A stretch of DNA of 64,000 nucleotides from Octopus sinensis (taxonomy: Eukaryota): positions 136,090,001-136,154,000 of the forward strand of contig NC_042998.1 in the NCBI RefSeq assembly GCF_006345805.1. Direction: 5' to 3'. The position numbers and the translations under genes are program-made. The notes beneath the pieces are model-generated. The model saw only the letters and a list, made by a program, of their open reading frames with translations. It was not told where the DNA came from and searched no databases. Below are positions 1 to 11,775 of this stretch, piece by piece (position 1 is the first letter of the stretch; every line of letters starts with the position of its first letter).

Positions 1-4
1 TATT

Positions 5-217
5 TCAGGAGCAAAAAAATTTGCAATAAAAGCAATAAATTTTACTGGAACTTTCTGAATAAATAAGCCACTTTTTCACAAAATTTTCACCAATTTTGTT
101 AATTTCCTTATTCATCATAGTCATGGAACAACTATATTTATTTGTTTCTTTAGGAAAGCTGCACATTTCATTAATGGCGTGTGGCCTTCTCTTTATGATT
201 TGGTCAATTTCTGTCAC
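5..217 (-). mobile_element. hAT-type transposase fragment (TTF-type zinc finger, ZMYM1-like N-terminus), running off the window edge
   Basis: ORF contains KWLIYSESSSKIYCFYCKFF, matching the W-L-x-Y-S...Y-C-F-x-C pattern of TTF zinc fingers in hAT transposases; no TIR visible. Confidence 0.55.
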
Positions 218-254
218 TGATAATTCATCTGGCCAGTAATTGACATATTTTAAA

Positions 255-430
255 AAATATTTTATCTTTTATGTGTCTCAGTCATAGAATTGTAGCCATA
301 CTGGAGCACCATCTCATAGGGCCTAATCTAACAAATTGACCCCAGTATTTATTTTTAAGCTGGTAGATATTCTATCGTTCTTCTCTGCCAAACTGCTCAG
401 CAAATAAACCAACAATGGTTGTCAAGTGGT
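255..430 (-). mobile_element. tRNA-derived SINE family A, 3' half
   Basis: Reverse complement of the tail seen in the full copy at 45882-46283 (ttgacaacc...gatagaat...ggtgctccagtatggc). Confidence 0.7.
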
Positions 431-583
431 GGTGACGATGGTGGCAGTAGTGGTGGCAGTGCCTGGTGTGCTAATGATTCTGCCAACTTGCTACTTTAAT
501 TTACACCTGAAATATTGAACTATAAACTGTTAAAATAACTTTTAAAATAAAAGCTTAATATTGTTATATTTCAGGATGGTCAA

Positions 584-857
584 TTTTTTGCTTGCCAAAT
601 AAACACATGCTCTATATATTTGTTCTTCACTTGTTTATTGGTGTTCTTATTTTATGTCTATTGTCTGGAAATCTTTTGTCACACACCTGTGACCTCTTCA
701 GCAACTCTCCATCCCACATGTTTCCTCCTGTTCCGTTTCGTCAACTCTGTTTTCCTATTGAAAGCTTTCCAGACAATAGACATAAATTAAGAACAATAAT
801 AAATCTGCAGTGAAGATCAAATATATAATGCGTATGCTTACTTGGCAATCGAAAAAA
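584..857. repeat. Inverted repeat, ~95-bp arms (584-676 / 761-857), ~85-bp spacer
   Basis: ttgccaaataaacacatgctctatatatttgttcttcac...ttatgtctattgtctggaaatcttt aligns to the reverse complement of aaagctttccagacaatagacataa...gtgaagatcaaatatataatgcgtatgcttacttggcaa at roughly 80% identity. Confidence 0.85.
665..705 (-). ncRNA. Decayed minimal hammerhead-like motif
   Basis: Minus strand: CTGAAGA-G-GTCACA[GGTG]TGTGAC-AAAA-GATTT. Perfect 6-bp stem II; G12 lost (CG>CA); the other arm has GAAAGCTTT (palindrome). Stem I is poor. Confidence 0.45.
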
Positions 858-1021
858 AAAAAAAAGACTATCCTCATATATAACAATATATGTTTCAACA
901 CACGACTTCACATCAGGAATCTTGCAAAACAAATACATAAACATTAAAGTTTAATCTTTGCTCTCAGTTGTTTTTAAACATTCTGCAATTGGATTACTAT
1001 GATTTTATGAATCATTGGTTA

Positions 1022-1297
1022 TACATACAAAACTACATACATACATACACACACACACACATACATACATACATACATACATACATACATACATACATAC
1101 ATACATACATACATACATACATACATACATCATACATACATACATACACACATACATACATACATACATACATACATACATGCATACATACATACATACA
1201 TACATACATACATACATACATACATACATACATACATACACACATACACACATACACACATATACATACATGTATGCATACAGATGTACATACATAC
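1022..1297. repeat. (TACA)n microsatellite
   Basis: Direct tandem repeat; source of the spurious HTYI/MYVC ORFs. Confidence 0.95.
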
Positions 1298-1725
1298 ATG
1301 TCATCATGGTATCATCCACTAATGTGACATGATGTCATAGCTAGAACACTGTAAGAAGAGAAACTGTACAGCTGCCTAGTGGATGTCAACATGAAGTTGA
1401 AGATCAGTGGGAAAGAGAATACCTACACTGAACTATTAAGAAATCTGCAGTTACTCTATGTAGATTACAAGTTCAGGTTTATACCTGTAATTATTGGGGC
1501 ACTGGGATATGTAACACTGCCTAAATACCAATCTTGAGAAACTAGGCTTCTCAAAACCAAAAAGGAGAAAGCTGATTTGAAGACTATAGATTCAATCCAA
1601 CACTCGAATTGTAAAAATCTGTAAAACTTTCCAGAAGTTTATCATTTAAGTATATATGAGTATGTCTAGATATGCAAGTATATGCATGAGAAGACATACA
1701 TAAAACAAAATATACAAATCTACGC

Positions 1726-1760
<35 letters not shown>

Positions 1761-1886
1761 TATGTACATACATACAAAAATACCCTATGGTTGATGTTGA
1801 AATTTCAATGAAGGAGCCTTGGATCTAGGTTAGAAACCAGTTCTTTCTCTATTGGGAAGAAATATTGCGATAAAACTAAATAATGA
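1298..1886 (+). mobile_element. R4/Dong-like RLE non-LTR retrotransposon, 5'-truncated and internally deleted (copy 1)
   Basis: Encodes remnants SC(P).DVNMKLKIS.KENTYTELLRNLQLLY.DYKFRFIPVIIGALGYV; collinear with copy 2 (39470-40318) through the whole 3'UTR to aaaactaaataatga. Confidence 0.8.
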
Positions 1887-4800
1887 GGCCGTCCACTCGT
1901 GACCGAGGAAGACCATTGCCGACCTTCAGGAACATTGTGTGCTCTAGGACTAACTTATATTTTGCATTTGCGGCTCCGTTGGTGGCTAATGAGCCCTGCT
2001 CTTGACAAGCATACACGACTGCAAACATTGCAGACCAAGCTTTCCCCATTCACTATACGAGCCGTGCGCTTTCGTGCAGCTCGCTTAAGTTCTTCATGCT
2101 GGATACGTGCTCTCTCAAAAGTGTCGATCCCCTCCATAACCTGCTTCCTCCATCTGTGGCGATGACAGGCATTGTTTTCCCAGTCAGTGTCCTGCATATC
2201 AAAGGCCTTTAATGAGGACTTGACACAGTCCTTAAATCGCAGCCTTGGTTTCTGCCGGAGTCTCCTTCCATTCACAAGTTCTCCATAGAGCATCTGCTTA
2301 GGAATCCTTCTATCCTCCATTCTAATAAGGTGTCCAGTCCAACGCAACCGGTGCTTGTGTACCATCACCTCAATACTCAAGATATCAGCTGTTCTCAGGA
2401 TCTGTGTGTCTGGAATTTTTGAGGTCCAGCCAACATTGAGAATGTGTCTGAGACATCTCTGATGAAAACGTTCAAGGACCCTGACCTGACGTTTGTACAG
2501 AGTCCATGTCTCACATGAGTAGAGAAGCGACGTCAGTACACAAGCACGGTACACAGCAACTTTTGTTCTCCTTGCGATGCCATGTTGGGACCAGACATGA
2601 GACTGAAGAGACCGGAAGGAATTAGTTGCTCTCTGCAACCTGAAAGATATTTCCTCATCCAGGGAGCAAGAATGGCTGAGTGTGCTGCCCAGGTAGACAA
2701 ACTTGTCTACTACCTTCAGAATCGTTCCTTCAACCAAGATAGCTGGTTCTATATATGGATTTCCTGGTGCAGGCTGGAACATTACAACAGTCTTGTCCAG
2801 GCTAATGCTGAGTCCAAATGCTCTGCAAGAAGCAGAAATGCAATTCATGAGTATTTGCATGTCATCCACTGTATGAGTGACTAAGTCACAGTCATCTGCA
2901 TAAAGGAGGTCACGAATAATAGACTGGGAAACCTTTGAATTGGCAGCAAATCAGTGAAGATTAAAGAGGCGGCCAGAAGATCGATATCTGACATATATTC
3001 CCAGAGAGCTAACCTTAGCAAAAGCATGAGTAAAAGTAGCAGCAAAGTACAAAGAAAAGAGAGTTGAGGCAAGGATGTCACCCTGCTTAACACCATTCTC
3101 TACAGGAATGTGTCCTGCCATGGCACCACCAACATTGACCCAAGCCTCCATCCCATCATGAAATGATTTAATTATTGATACAAAGTGATCCGGACATCCA
3201 AGTTTGCCAAGTATTTTCCATAGAAAGGCCCTATTTACAGTATCAAAGGCCTTAGTTAAATCAATGAATACCTGGACAAGATCCATATTCTGCTCATAGC
3301 ACTTCTCCTGCATCTGTCTTGCTGTGAAAATCATATCCATTGTCCCTCTACCAGATCGGAAGCCACATCGAGATTCAGATAGGACATCATTTACGAGAAA
3401 CCCATTCAGACATGTAAGAAGAATATTTGTCAGAACTTTGCCAGCAGCTGATAGTAGAGCAATACCTCTGTAGTTACCACACATTGTTCTGGCTCCTTTT
3501 CCTTTATACAGAGGAAGAATAATTGCATCCTTCCAGTCCTTAGGGATTGCACCATCCCTCCAGACTGCACTAATAAGTTCATGAAGGGACTGTGTGATGC
3601 AATTACCACCAAATCGCAAGACCTCAGCACAAATTCCATCCTTTCCAGGTGCCCTACCAAGATTCAATTTACTTATTGATGTCATTACTTCATGTATTGA
3701 TGGCGAGGAGTCTAAGGAGTCAATGATAGGTCTTTGTTTCATAGTACCAATCACTGTTTCATCCACAACTGACTCGTGGTTTAGGAGTTCAGAGAAGTGT
3801 TTGATCCAGCGACCTGTGATTTCTGTTGATTTGGTAAACATAGTGGAAGACTCCTTGGAAAGCAAATAGCTGATGTGGAGCTCTTAGGTCCATAAGCTCA
3901 CTTCATAAGATGGTAAAGCTTCTTGCTGTCATTTGCATCAGCAGCAGCCTGAACATCACGAGCAAGATCCTCCCACCAAGTGTTCTGCATCTTCCTGAGA
4001 GATCGCTGCAGTAGTGATTTTACACTGTTATAGTGGGCAAGTGCTAGACTTCGCTGCACAGTAGACAGTTCTCTGTGCAGCAACACACTGTGGGCATGGC
4101 GCTTCACCACTTATAGTCGTTGAATTTCAGCATCATTCTCATCAAACCAGTCTCTGTGTCTGGCAGTAACATACCCCAGTGTTTCAGCTGCACATTGAAC
4201 AACCTGGTCTCGAAAATCTTCCCATCCTGCAGCAGTTTCAATGCTGGACAAGCGAGTCTGAAGCTCTTTCCTAACCACAATGTCATATACCTTGTGGACA
4301 TTTAGACGGTGAGGAATGCTGACTGGTCCTCTCCTAATCACCATTCGGAACTTTGCTCGCACCAGACTGTGGTCTGTCCAGCATTCTGATCGATGCAAGG
4401 ACTTGACATTACAAATGTCTTAAATGTCACGCTTGCGGATGATGACGTAATCCAGCAAGTGCCAAACTTTGGACCTTGGATGCATCCATGTTGTTGTGTG
4501 ATCACCTTTGTGCACAAAATGAGTACTTGCAATGTAAAGTCCATGTTCTTCGCAAAGCTCCAGTAGCATGAGACCATTGCTATTCATTTTCCCTACTTCC
4601 TTTCCAAAAAAAGGTGTATCCGCCTCCTACTTCCTCAAGCTGACCATCACCTTCTATACGAGTCTCTGAGAGTGCAGCTATATCAATTTTATAACAGTTC
4701 AGCTCACGAGCAACAAGTGCAGTGCGTCTTTCAGGCCTGCAATCACTCTTGTTGTCCAAAAGAGTACGCACATTCCAACATGAAATGTTTAAGTTCCGTC

Positions 4801-5688
4801 CAGATTTTATAGATAAAAGACTCTTTGTTTTTCGAGCGCAGGGTGGACATCCGTCAGTTGCGCTAAACTGACCAGATATGGAAAGACTGTCAATTTTTGA
4901 TTCACCTTTTCTAGAACCTCCCCGGTCTCAAGGTGAGCAGTGCCCTCTCCAAATGGAGCTGCTCAGACACCCATGCAGCAACTGAATCCTACCGCTGTCT
5001 TGGGCGACAAGGAGACGACTTTATATCTAGCATGGGCCGCCTACGTGCAGGTCGCTGACTACATGCTTCCAACCTGTCAGGTCTGCATGCTTCACCACCT
5101 TTCCATCGCCGCAGGACTTCCGAATAAAAAAAAAAATATATATATATACTAAAAATGAAGAAAATATATACTAAAAATAAGATAGATATATATATAAAAA
5201 AAAAAAAAAGGTCGGCAATGCCTGTGCAGAGTTTTAGGTCCAATACGGCTTGCACAACACCTCATAGACCCTCTCCACTCTATTGACATTATCCAGAGAC
5301 AAGCTGGAGCAAGATGTCTGGTGCCAATATGAGTCACAGGCTCAGGGATGTGGGAGCGCCATGATCTCTAGCACAAACCAAAGATCCCCAAAATGTTCAA
5401 TGCCATTCCCTGCATATCTGGTTTTATATCAGAGTGACCTTCTCCTAGAGACGTGCTTTAACAAAAGCTGAGGGGCGCCTCACTCCCAGTGGTCTTTCAG
5501 CACACCGGACACCACCCCGGAATTTCTATGTACCCATGCTAACATTTATTGGATGGCTGTTGACTCTCAAGAGGTCCTCCACCCTTTGACGGTTTTGTTT
5601 TTCATCCCGCAGGGTGTCCAATAAACACCCTCCTCACCAAGCAAGCTTGGTGGGGTTGCCGGTTTAGTCGCCGACGACCTGACCATGC
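1887..5688 (-). mobile_element. Full-length RTE-clade LINE (3.8 kb) with 9-bp TSD
   Basis: AAATAATGA at 1878-1886 and 5689-5697; structured 5'UTR (~5688-4800); APE-RT-zinc finger coding region; 3' terminal stem-loop CTCG[GTCA]CGAG. Confidence 0.95.
1955..4800 (-). pseudogene. RTE ORF: APE endonuclease + reverse transcriptase + C-terminal C2H2-like finger, broken by frameshifts and deletions
   Basis: WNVRTLLD..DIAALSETR (EN); KAPGKD-like GRAPGKDG, NYRGIALLS, FIDLTKAFDTV, GVKQGDILASTLF (RT); FVYLGS, RLRWTGHLIRM, CNVCSRVCLSRAGLISHQRS. Confidence 0.9.
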
Positions 5689-5707
5689 AAATAATGACAT
5701 ACATACA

Positions 5708-5741
<34 letters not shown>

Positions 5742-5971
5742 CATATGTACATATATACATTCATACATACATATCTATTTAACATTATCAGGACCAGGTT
5801 GCAGTTTCATGCAACAAACGTTTTGACACCATATTACCAATAAATGTTTAGGTGAAGTTAGCAAGTCTTTGTGTGTTTCTGAATGGCTAATTTGCGTCAT
5901 CTACACTGCAATCATTTTAGTTTGAAGACAGCTCAGATCGAAACACTTGTCACATAAGTACATCTCTGTAA

Positions 5972-5974
<3 letters not shown>

Positions 5975-6032
<58 letters not shown>

Positions 6033-6035
6033 CTC

Positions 6036-6078
<43 letters not shown>

Positions 6079-6100
6079 GCACACACACACACACACACAT
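5975..6100. repeat. Compound microsatellite (ATCT)n-(CA)n
   Basis: Direct tandem repeats. Confidence 0.95.
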
Positions 6101-6361
6101 GTAGATATGTGTGGAGATGAGTACCATCACTTCGATATGGTATGGTTGAAAAATTGAGATCTCTTCATATGAAATCATTGGTTACCTTGTTACCCTCAGA
6201 TATGTATGCACACACACACACACACATACACACACATAGGCTTGATGATGCAAACAAAAAAAATAAAACTCAAAACATGAGTGTGCATATTTTTTTTTAT
6301 TAATATTTAGTAGAAGCAACTAAGTGACTCAAGATCAGAGTTTCTGCTAAATATTAATTAT

Positions 6362-6433
6362 TTATGTATATATATTGTGTGTGTGTGTGTGTTTGCATGT
6401 ATGTGTGCATGTATATATATATGTATATATATG

Positions 6434-6507
<74 letters not shown>

Positions 6508-6560
6508 TATATACATGTATATGTATATATACATATATACATACATCTACATACATAAAC
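6362..6560. repeat. Compound (TG)n/(TA)n microsatellite
   Basis: Direct tandem repeats. Confidence 0.9.
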
Positions 6561-8024
6561 ACATGCACACACATACAAACACGCACACGGGCTCACATAC
6601 AATGTGCATATACATGAATTTAGATAGAAAGCTAGACATGCATACATGAAACAATATACAAATGTATACACGCACACACACACACTTATATACCCACAGA
6701 CTGATGCCTATTTAGTGGACACTTAGACACATACAAATGCATTCAGACAAGCACACACATAATATGTACATAAATGCATACATACAAATATCCATTACAC
6801 AGATATTGTGCAACAATTTTTACTGAAACCTAGATTAGAACAGTCATTCAACATCTCAGTAAAACTTTTCTTTGTAAAAAATAAAACCATTTAGTTGCAA
6901 CGAAGCAATATTTCATTTCCCATTGTCATAGTTGTCATTCTCAGTAAGATTAATGTAAACAAATTCCACATCAAGGCTTAACTAAATCTTCTACAGTTTG
7001 TTATATAAGTCCCAATGAGACATATTAGCATTCATTTCATTTTGATCCAGCACTGACAAACACCATTCTTTAGAGAAATACTGCTTCAGGCAAAAACGTC
7101 TTCAAACTTTCTGTTGTATACAACACGAATTCACTTTCAGACAAAAGACGTTATTCATACATAACACTATCTCAATTACTTGATGCTTCTAAAGTTGCTA
7201 GCCCACTGTGAAAGTTTAACTGAAATTTTTCTAATGTACTTGTCAAAAGATAGATACATATCTTTCAAACAACACTTTCCAAACTGTCTAAATTTCTTTA
7301 AATTTATCATCTATCTTGTAAATTTTGTTACCGTAAATCTTCAGTTTAATTCTGTTTTTGACAAAGTAACTGTAACTAATTAGATTAGGATAGCCATAAA
7401 CAAATTATATCACTACGAGTATGTGAAAAAGAATATGAATCTCAAGACATTTCATGTTATGTTTTGAGTCACAGTTACTTGCTATGTTTAACACAACATT
7501 CTTTTTACTGAGTCTCGACAGTGTTGTTGTCATTGTTATTGTTGTTGTTATCGTTATTGTATTTCTTTGACTTCGTTTACTAAATGTTGAACAACTTATC
7601 TGTCTAAACGACAATATACACCTTCAGATTTACACACTAAGGAACAATGACGCTGCCATATGTTACTAAACCATTTACATGACCCACATGTAACATGATA
7701 TAAAGCAGTTCGCATTAAAGAAATCTTCTCGAGTGTTTTCGAGATGAAGAAAGTAAAGTCACCACAATAATTCAGCTTAGAATTTTATTATAACCCAGAT
7801 AATGGTTTCAGGAAATTAGGTTAGAATAATTGGTATAACTAAGAAATATGAGAGTTGACTGAGAGGGTGCATTAAAAAAGTCAACTGATTGTTGTTTACT
7901 TCAGTCTTAAAGAGGAAAGAACTAAAGACTACAAAACAAACCCCTAAATATATACATATACATATACATATATATATATATATGTACACACACTCTTATA
8001 TATAATTCTTAAACTAGAATGTCA

Positions 8025-8076
8025 TTGACAGTGACTTCGAAGTTTTGGGTAGCTATGCCATCATCAGGTAGTCAAC
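8025..8076 (-). ncRNA. Decayed minimal hammerhead-like motif
   Basis: Minus strand: CTGATGA-TGGCATAGCTACCC-AAAA-CTTCGAAG-TC. Exact CUGAUGA; stem III ACT[TCGA]AGT with palindromic loop; GUC triplet; G12 lost by CG>CA. Confidence 0.55.
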
Positions 8077-8149
8077 AACATAGCATAATCCAACAGATTA
8101 ATATAAAATTGTCTTTATTATAACTGAACATAAAAACAAACATATAAGC

Positions 8150-8180
<31 letters not shown>

Positions 8181-8408
8181 CGTACATGCATACATACATA
8201 CATACATACATACATACATACATACATACATACATACATACATACATACATACACATATTTTGCTTAGACATTGCGATACTAATAACCTGGTGTAGAACT
8301 TAAAATATGTATACTTCTGAACAAAACATTAGTTGGATACAGAGCGGCAATAAGAAAAAATAACTATTATAATAACTATAATAAATAATTAACTTATGAA
8401 CTTCGATT

Positions 8409-8490
8409 AACTTACAGCTGTTACCACCTATAAGATGTAGTGGACTCATAGCTGAGTACCTGAGTAATACCTTACAGTTTCATCAGAACC
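8409..8490 (-). ncRNA. Decayed hammerhead-like motif with extended stem II
   Basis: Minus strand: ggtt-CTGATGA-A-[ACTGTAAG...ACTCA...TGAGT...CTTATAGGT]-G-GTAA-CAGCTG-TA-agtt; same architecture as 13653-13700 but GAAA reads GTAA. Confidence 0.5.
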
Positions 8491-8539
8491 TCAAACATGA
8501 AGTGACCCCCATAAGATAATTGCTTACCCCTTTGTCACC

Positions 8540-8675
<136 letters not shown>

Positions 8676-8743
8676 CCCACTCCCTCAGGGTTGGCACCCT
8701 CAACGTTGGCACACTGAAAGGCAGATCTGGCGAGATCGTTGAA

Positions 8744-9652
8744 TTGCTTGAACGGAGGTGTGTCGATATATGCTGTATTCAAGAAGTGAGGTGGAGAGGA
8801 GGTTCTGCTAGGTTCCTCACAGGTAAAGGACAGAGGTACAAGATTTTCTGGACTGGGAATACTGATGGGGTCGGGGGTGTGGGTATACTTATCGCCGAAA
8901 AATGGGTAGATAAGGTAATCGAGGTAGTCAGAGTATGTGACAGAATACTGAAGATTAGATTAGTGCTCCAATCACAAACGCCTTCAGGTAGATGGCCCTA
9001 CTCGATTTGTAAAAAAGGCGTAGGTAGAAACTCTATAAGGTGCACCAAGTGTAAGCTATGGGTACATAAGAGGTGTAGCAATGTCAAGGGAAGGCTAACT
9101 AGGAAAATGGTTTTTGTCTGTGACAGATGCTCAGGAGCAATAAACACTGAAAATGTGCAGAGACCAACTTCTACCACGTTCAAAGGAGAAAAACTAGAAG
9201 TAGTTGATAGCTTCCGCTACCTATGTGACCAAGTCAGTAGCAGGGGTGGGTGTGCTGAAAGTGTAACTGCTAGAGTAAGAATAGCCTGGGCAAAGTTTAG
9301 AGAGCTCTTACCCCTGCTGGTGACAAAAGGCCTCTCGCTCAGAGTAAAAGGCAGACTGTATGATGCATGTGTACATACAGCCATGCTACATGGTAGTGAA
9401 ACATGGGATGCGACTGCTGAGGATATGCGTAAGCTCACAAGAAATGAAGCCAGTATGCTCCGATGGATGTGTAATGTCAGTGTTCATAATCGGCAGAGTG
9501 TAAGTACCTTGAGAGAAAAGTTGGACCTAAGAAGCATCAGTTGTGGTGTGCTAGAGAGACGTTTGCGCTGGTATGGTCATGTGACGAGAATGGCTGAAGA
9601 TAGTTGTGTGCAAAAGTGCCATACCCTAGCAGTTGAGGGAACCTGTGGATGA
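8744..9652 (+). pseudogene. In-frame fusion ORF: N-terminal APE fragment + PHD-like Cys cluster + RT thumb region
   Basis: 302-aa ORF: ..ILKIRLVLQ|SQTPSGRWPYSICKKGVGRNSIRCTKCKLWVHKRCS..FVCDRC..EVVDSFRYL..RRLRWYGHV; catalytic YADD region absent; premature TGA before GRPRKTW. Confidence 0.85.
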
Positions 9653-9968
9653 GGTAGACCCAGGAAAACCTGGGACGAGGTGGTGAAGCATGACCTTCGA
9701 ACTTTAGGTCTCACCAAGGAAATGACTAGAGACCAAGACCTATAGAAGTATGCTGTACGTGAGAAGACCCGGCAAGACTAGTGAGAACATAACCTGTGGC
9801 TTACATACCTTTCCTTCTTGGGACACAAAACTCTACTTGTGAAGACCCGTTGAGGCAAGTGAAAATCAAAATCAAAATCAAAATCAAAATCAAACCAAAC
9901 CAAATCAGATATCAGAAAGCAGAACCAAAATCGAAGTCGATCAACATCAATGGAAATTGCAGCTGTGG

Positions 9969-10368
9969 TACCAGTGCCGGTGACAAGTAAGCGAACCATC
10001 TGATCATGGCCGTTGCCAGCGCCGCCCCGACTGGCCTCCGTGCCGGTGGCACGTAAAAGCACTATCCGTTTGTGTCCGTTGCCAGCCTCGCCTGGCCCCC
10101 GTGCTGGTGGCACGTAGCACCATCCATTCGTGGCCGTTGCCAGCCTTGCCTGGCCTCCGTGCTGGTGGCATGTAAAAGCACCATCCGTTTGTGGCCGTTG
10201 CCAGCCTCGCCTGGCCCCCGTGCTGGTGGCACGTAAAAAGCACCATCCGATCGTGGCCGTTGCCAGCCTCGTCTGGCCCCCGTGCCGGTGGCACATAAAA
10301 AGCACCATCCGTCCATGGCTGTTTGCCAGCTCCGTCTGGCTCCTGTGCGGGTGGCACGTAAAAAGACC
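9969..10368 (+). repeat. ~61-bp GC-rich minisatellite (~6.5 units) in the RTE 3'UTR
   Basis: Units GCCAGCCTCGCCTGGCCCCCGTGCTGGTGGCACGTAAAAAGCACCATCCGATCGTGGCCGTT start at about 10015, 10081, 10139, 10200, 10262, 10325. Confidence 0.92.
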
Positions 10369-10979
10369 CACTACACTCACGGAGTGGTTGGCGTTAGGAA
10401 GGGCATCCAGCCGTAGAAACACTGCCAGATCAGACTGGGCTTGATGCAGTCTTCTGGCTTCACAGACCCCAGTTGAACCGTCCAACCCATGCTAGCATGG
10501 AAAGCGGATGCTAAATGATGATGATATATATATAATATATATATATATATGTATGTATATGCGTGTGTGTGTGTATGCATATATATATTTTTAAAAGAAG
10601 AAGTAAATAGAGATTGGGAAGTTCTCAATACACATTAAATTCTAGCAGATTCTGCTAAAATGAATTCACAAACACACATATAGCATCCAAAGGTACATCT
10701 TTTTTCCTCTGATGATATTATGCTCATGTCCCAAAATATAAATTTAATGTTTATTGAGTATTAATAGAAATGGCTGTAAGTGAAGATGACCAATTTGCTA
10801 TTAATAAAAAACAATTAACATCTTAATCTCCATTTTCTTCTTCTTCTTTTAAATGAATATTTACTATATATTTTTACACATACTTATTATTTTAAGGAAA
10901 TTCATTCCCCCAAAATACTAGGTATTGAACCAGTATTTCCTTGGATGAAACCATCTCTTCATGAGGTTAACACAACCAC

Positions 10980-11024
<45 letters not shown>

Positions 11025-11143
11025 TCATCTTTCTCTCTCTCTCTCTCTCTCTCTGGTTACTTCAGAATTGTAACTGTATGTGGATTATTGGCAGTTTTTA
11101 TCCTCTTTCTTGCTGCTTCTCTTTGAACTTACCTGTTTTTCTT

Positions 11144-11178
11144 GTTTCCAAAGAAGAGTTATGCTCGAAACATAAAAC
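11144..11178 (+). ncRNA. Decayed minimal hammerhead-like motif
   Basis: GTTT-CCAAAGA-A-GAGT[TAT]GCTC-GAAA-CA-TA-AAAC. Stem I GTTT/AAAC and stem II pair; core box degenerate; CA probably from CG (ACGT palindrome). Confidence 0.5.
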
Positions 11179-11346
11179 AACTACTCTTTTCCTTCTCTGA
11201 GCGTCATATTAATACATTGCTTGTGCTATGCCTTATTTTAGTTGTTTTCTTTTCCTTTCCTCTGCTTTTTGAAAGGTTGACAGGCAAAATACCACTAAGC
11301 ATTTCGTCCAGCACAGTAACGATTCTGCCAGCTTGCTGCCTTTATA

Positions 11347-11398
<52 letters not shown>

Positions 11399-11406
11399 CA
11401 TCCATT

Positions 11407-11554
11407 AGGCACAGGCGTGCTTGTGGTGAAAAATAATTTTGCTTCTCAGCAACATTGTGCCAGGTTCATTTCAGTTCCATTTCACAGTACCTTGGGCAAG
11501 TGTCTTCTACTATAGTCTTTAGCTAACCAAAGATTTGTGAAAGAAACCCATTGT

Positions 11555-11586
<32 letters not shown>

Positions 11587-11775
11587 CTTTGTCTGTGTTT
11601 GACCCCCACCAATGCTGGATGACCAGCATTGATGTGTTTATGTCCCTGTAACACTTAGTGGTTTAGCAAAAAGAAACTGATAGAATAAGTACCAGACTTT
11701 AAAAAAAAGCAAGTCCTAGGATTGATTTATTCAACTAAAATCCTTCAAGATGGTACTCCAGCATGGCTCAGGCTA
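11407..11775 (+). mobile_element. SINE family A with internal (GT)n
   Basis: Head gtggtgaaa..ttctcagcaacatt..ggttcatt, ttgggcaagtgtcttctactatag core, tail ggtactccagcatggc. Confidence 0.8.

Noticed and set aside
968-1332. Long ORFs made of HTYI/MYVC/IYIY/CVCV/HHHH/DDDD repeats here and throughout the ORF track
   Set aside because: Translations of stop-free microsatellites; no coding signal
5520-5688. HDV-like ribozyme at the RTE 5' end
   Set aside because: Known for some RTEs, and hairpins are present (CACCAAG/CTTGGTG, GGGTGT/ACACCC), but I could not fit P3/L3/P1.1; needs a descriptor search
9969-10368. CRISPR-like array
   Set aside because: Units are contiguous ~61-bp tandem copies with no unique spacers; they lie in a LINE 3'UTR in eukaryotic DNA with no cas genes
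11120-11140. Perfect CAG|GTAAGT donor on the minus strand
   Set aside because: The upstream sequence is the repeat carrying the 11144 hammerhead motif, with no acceptor or ORF
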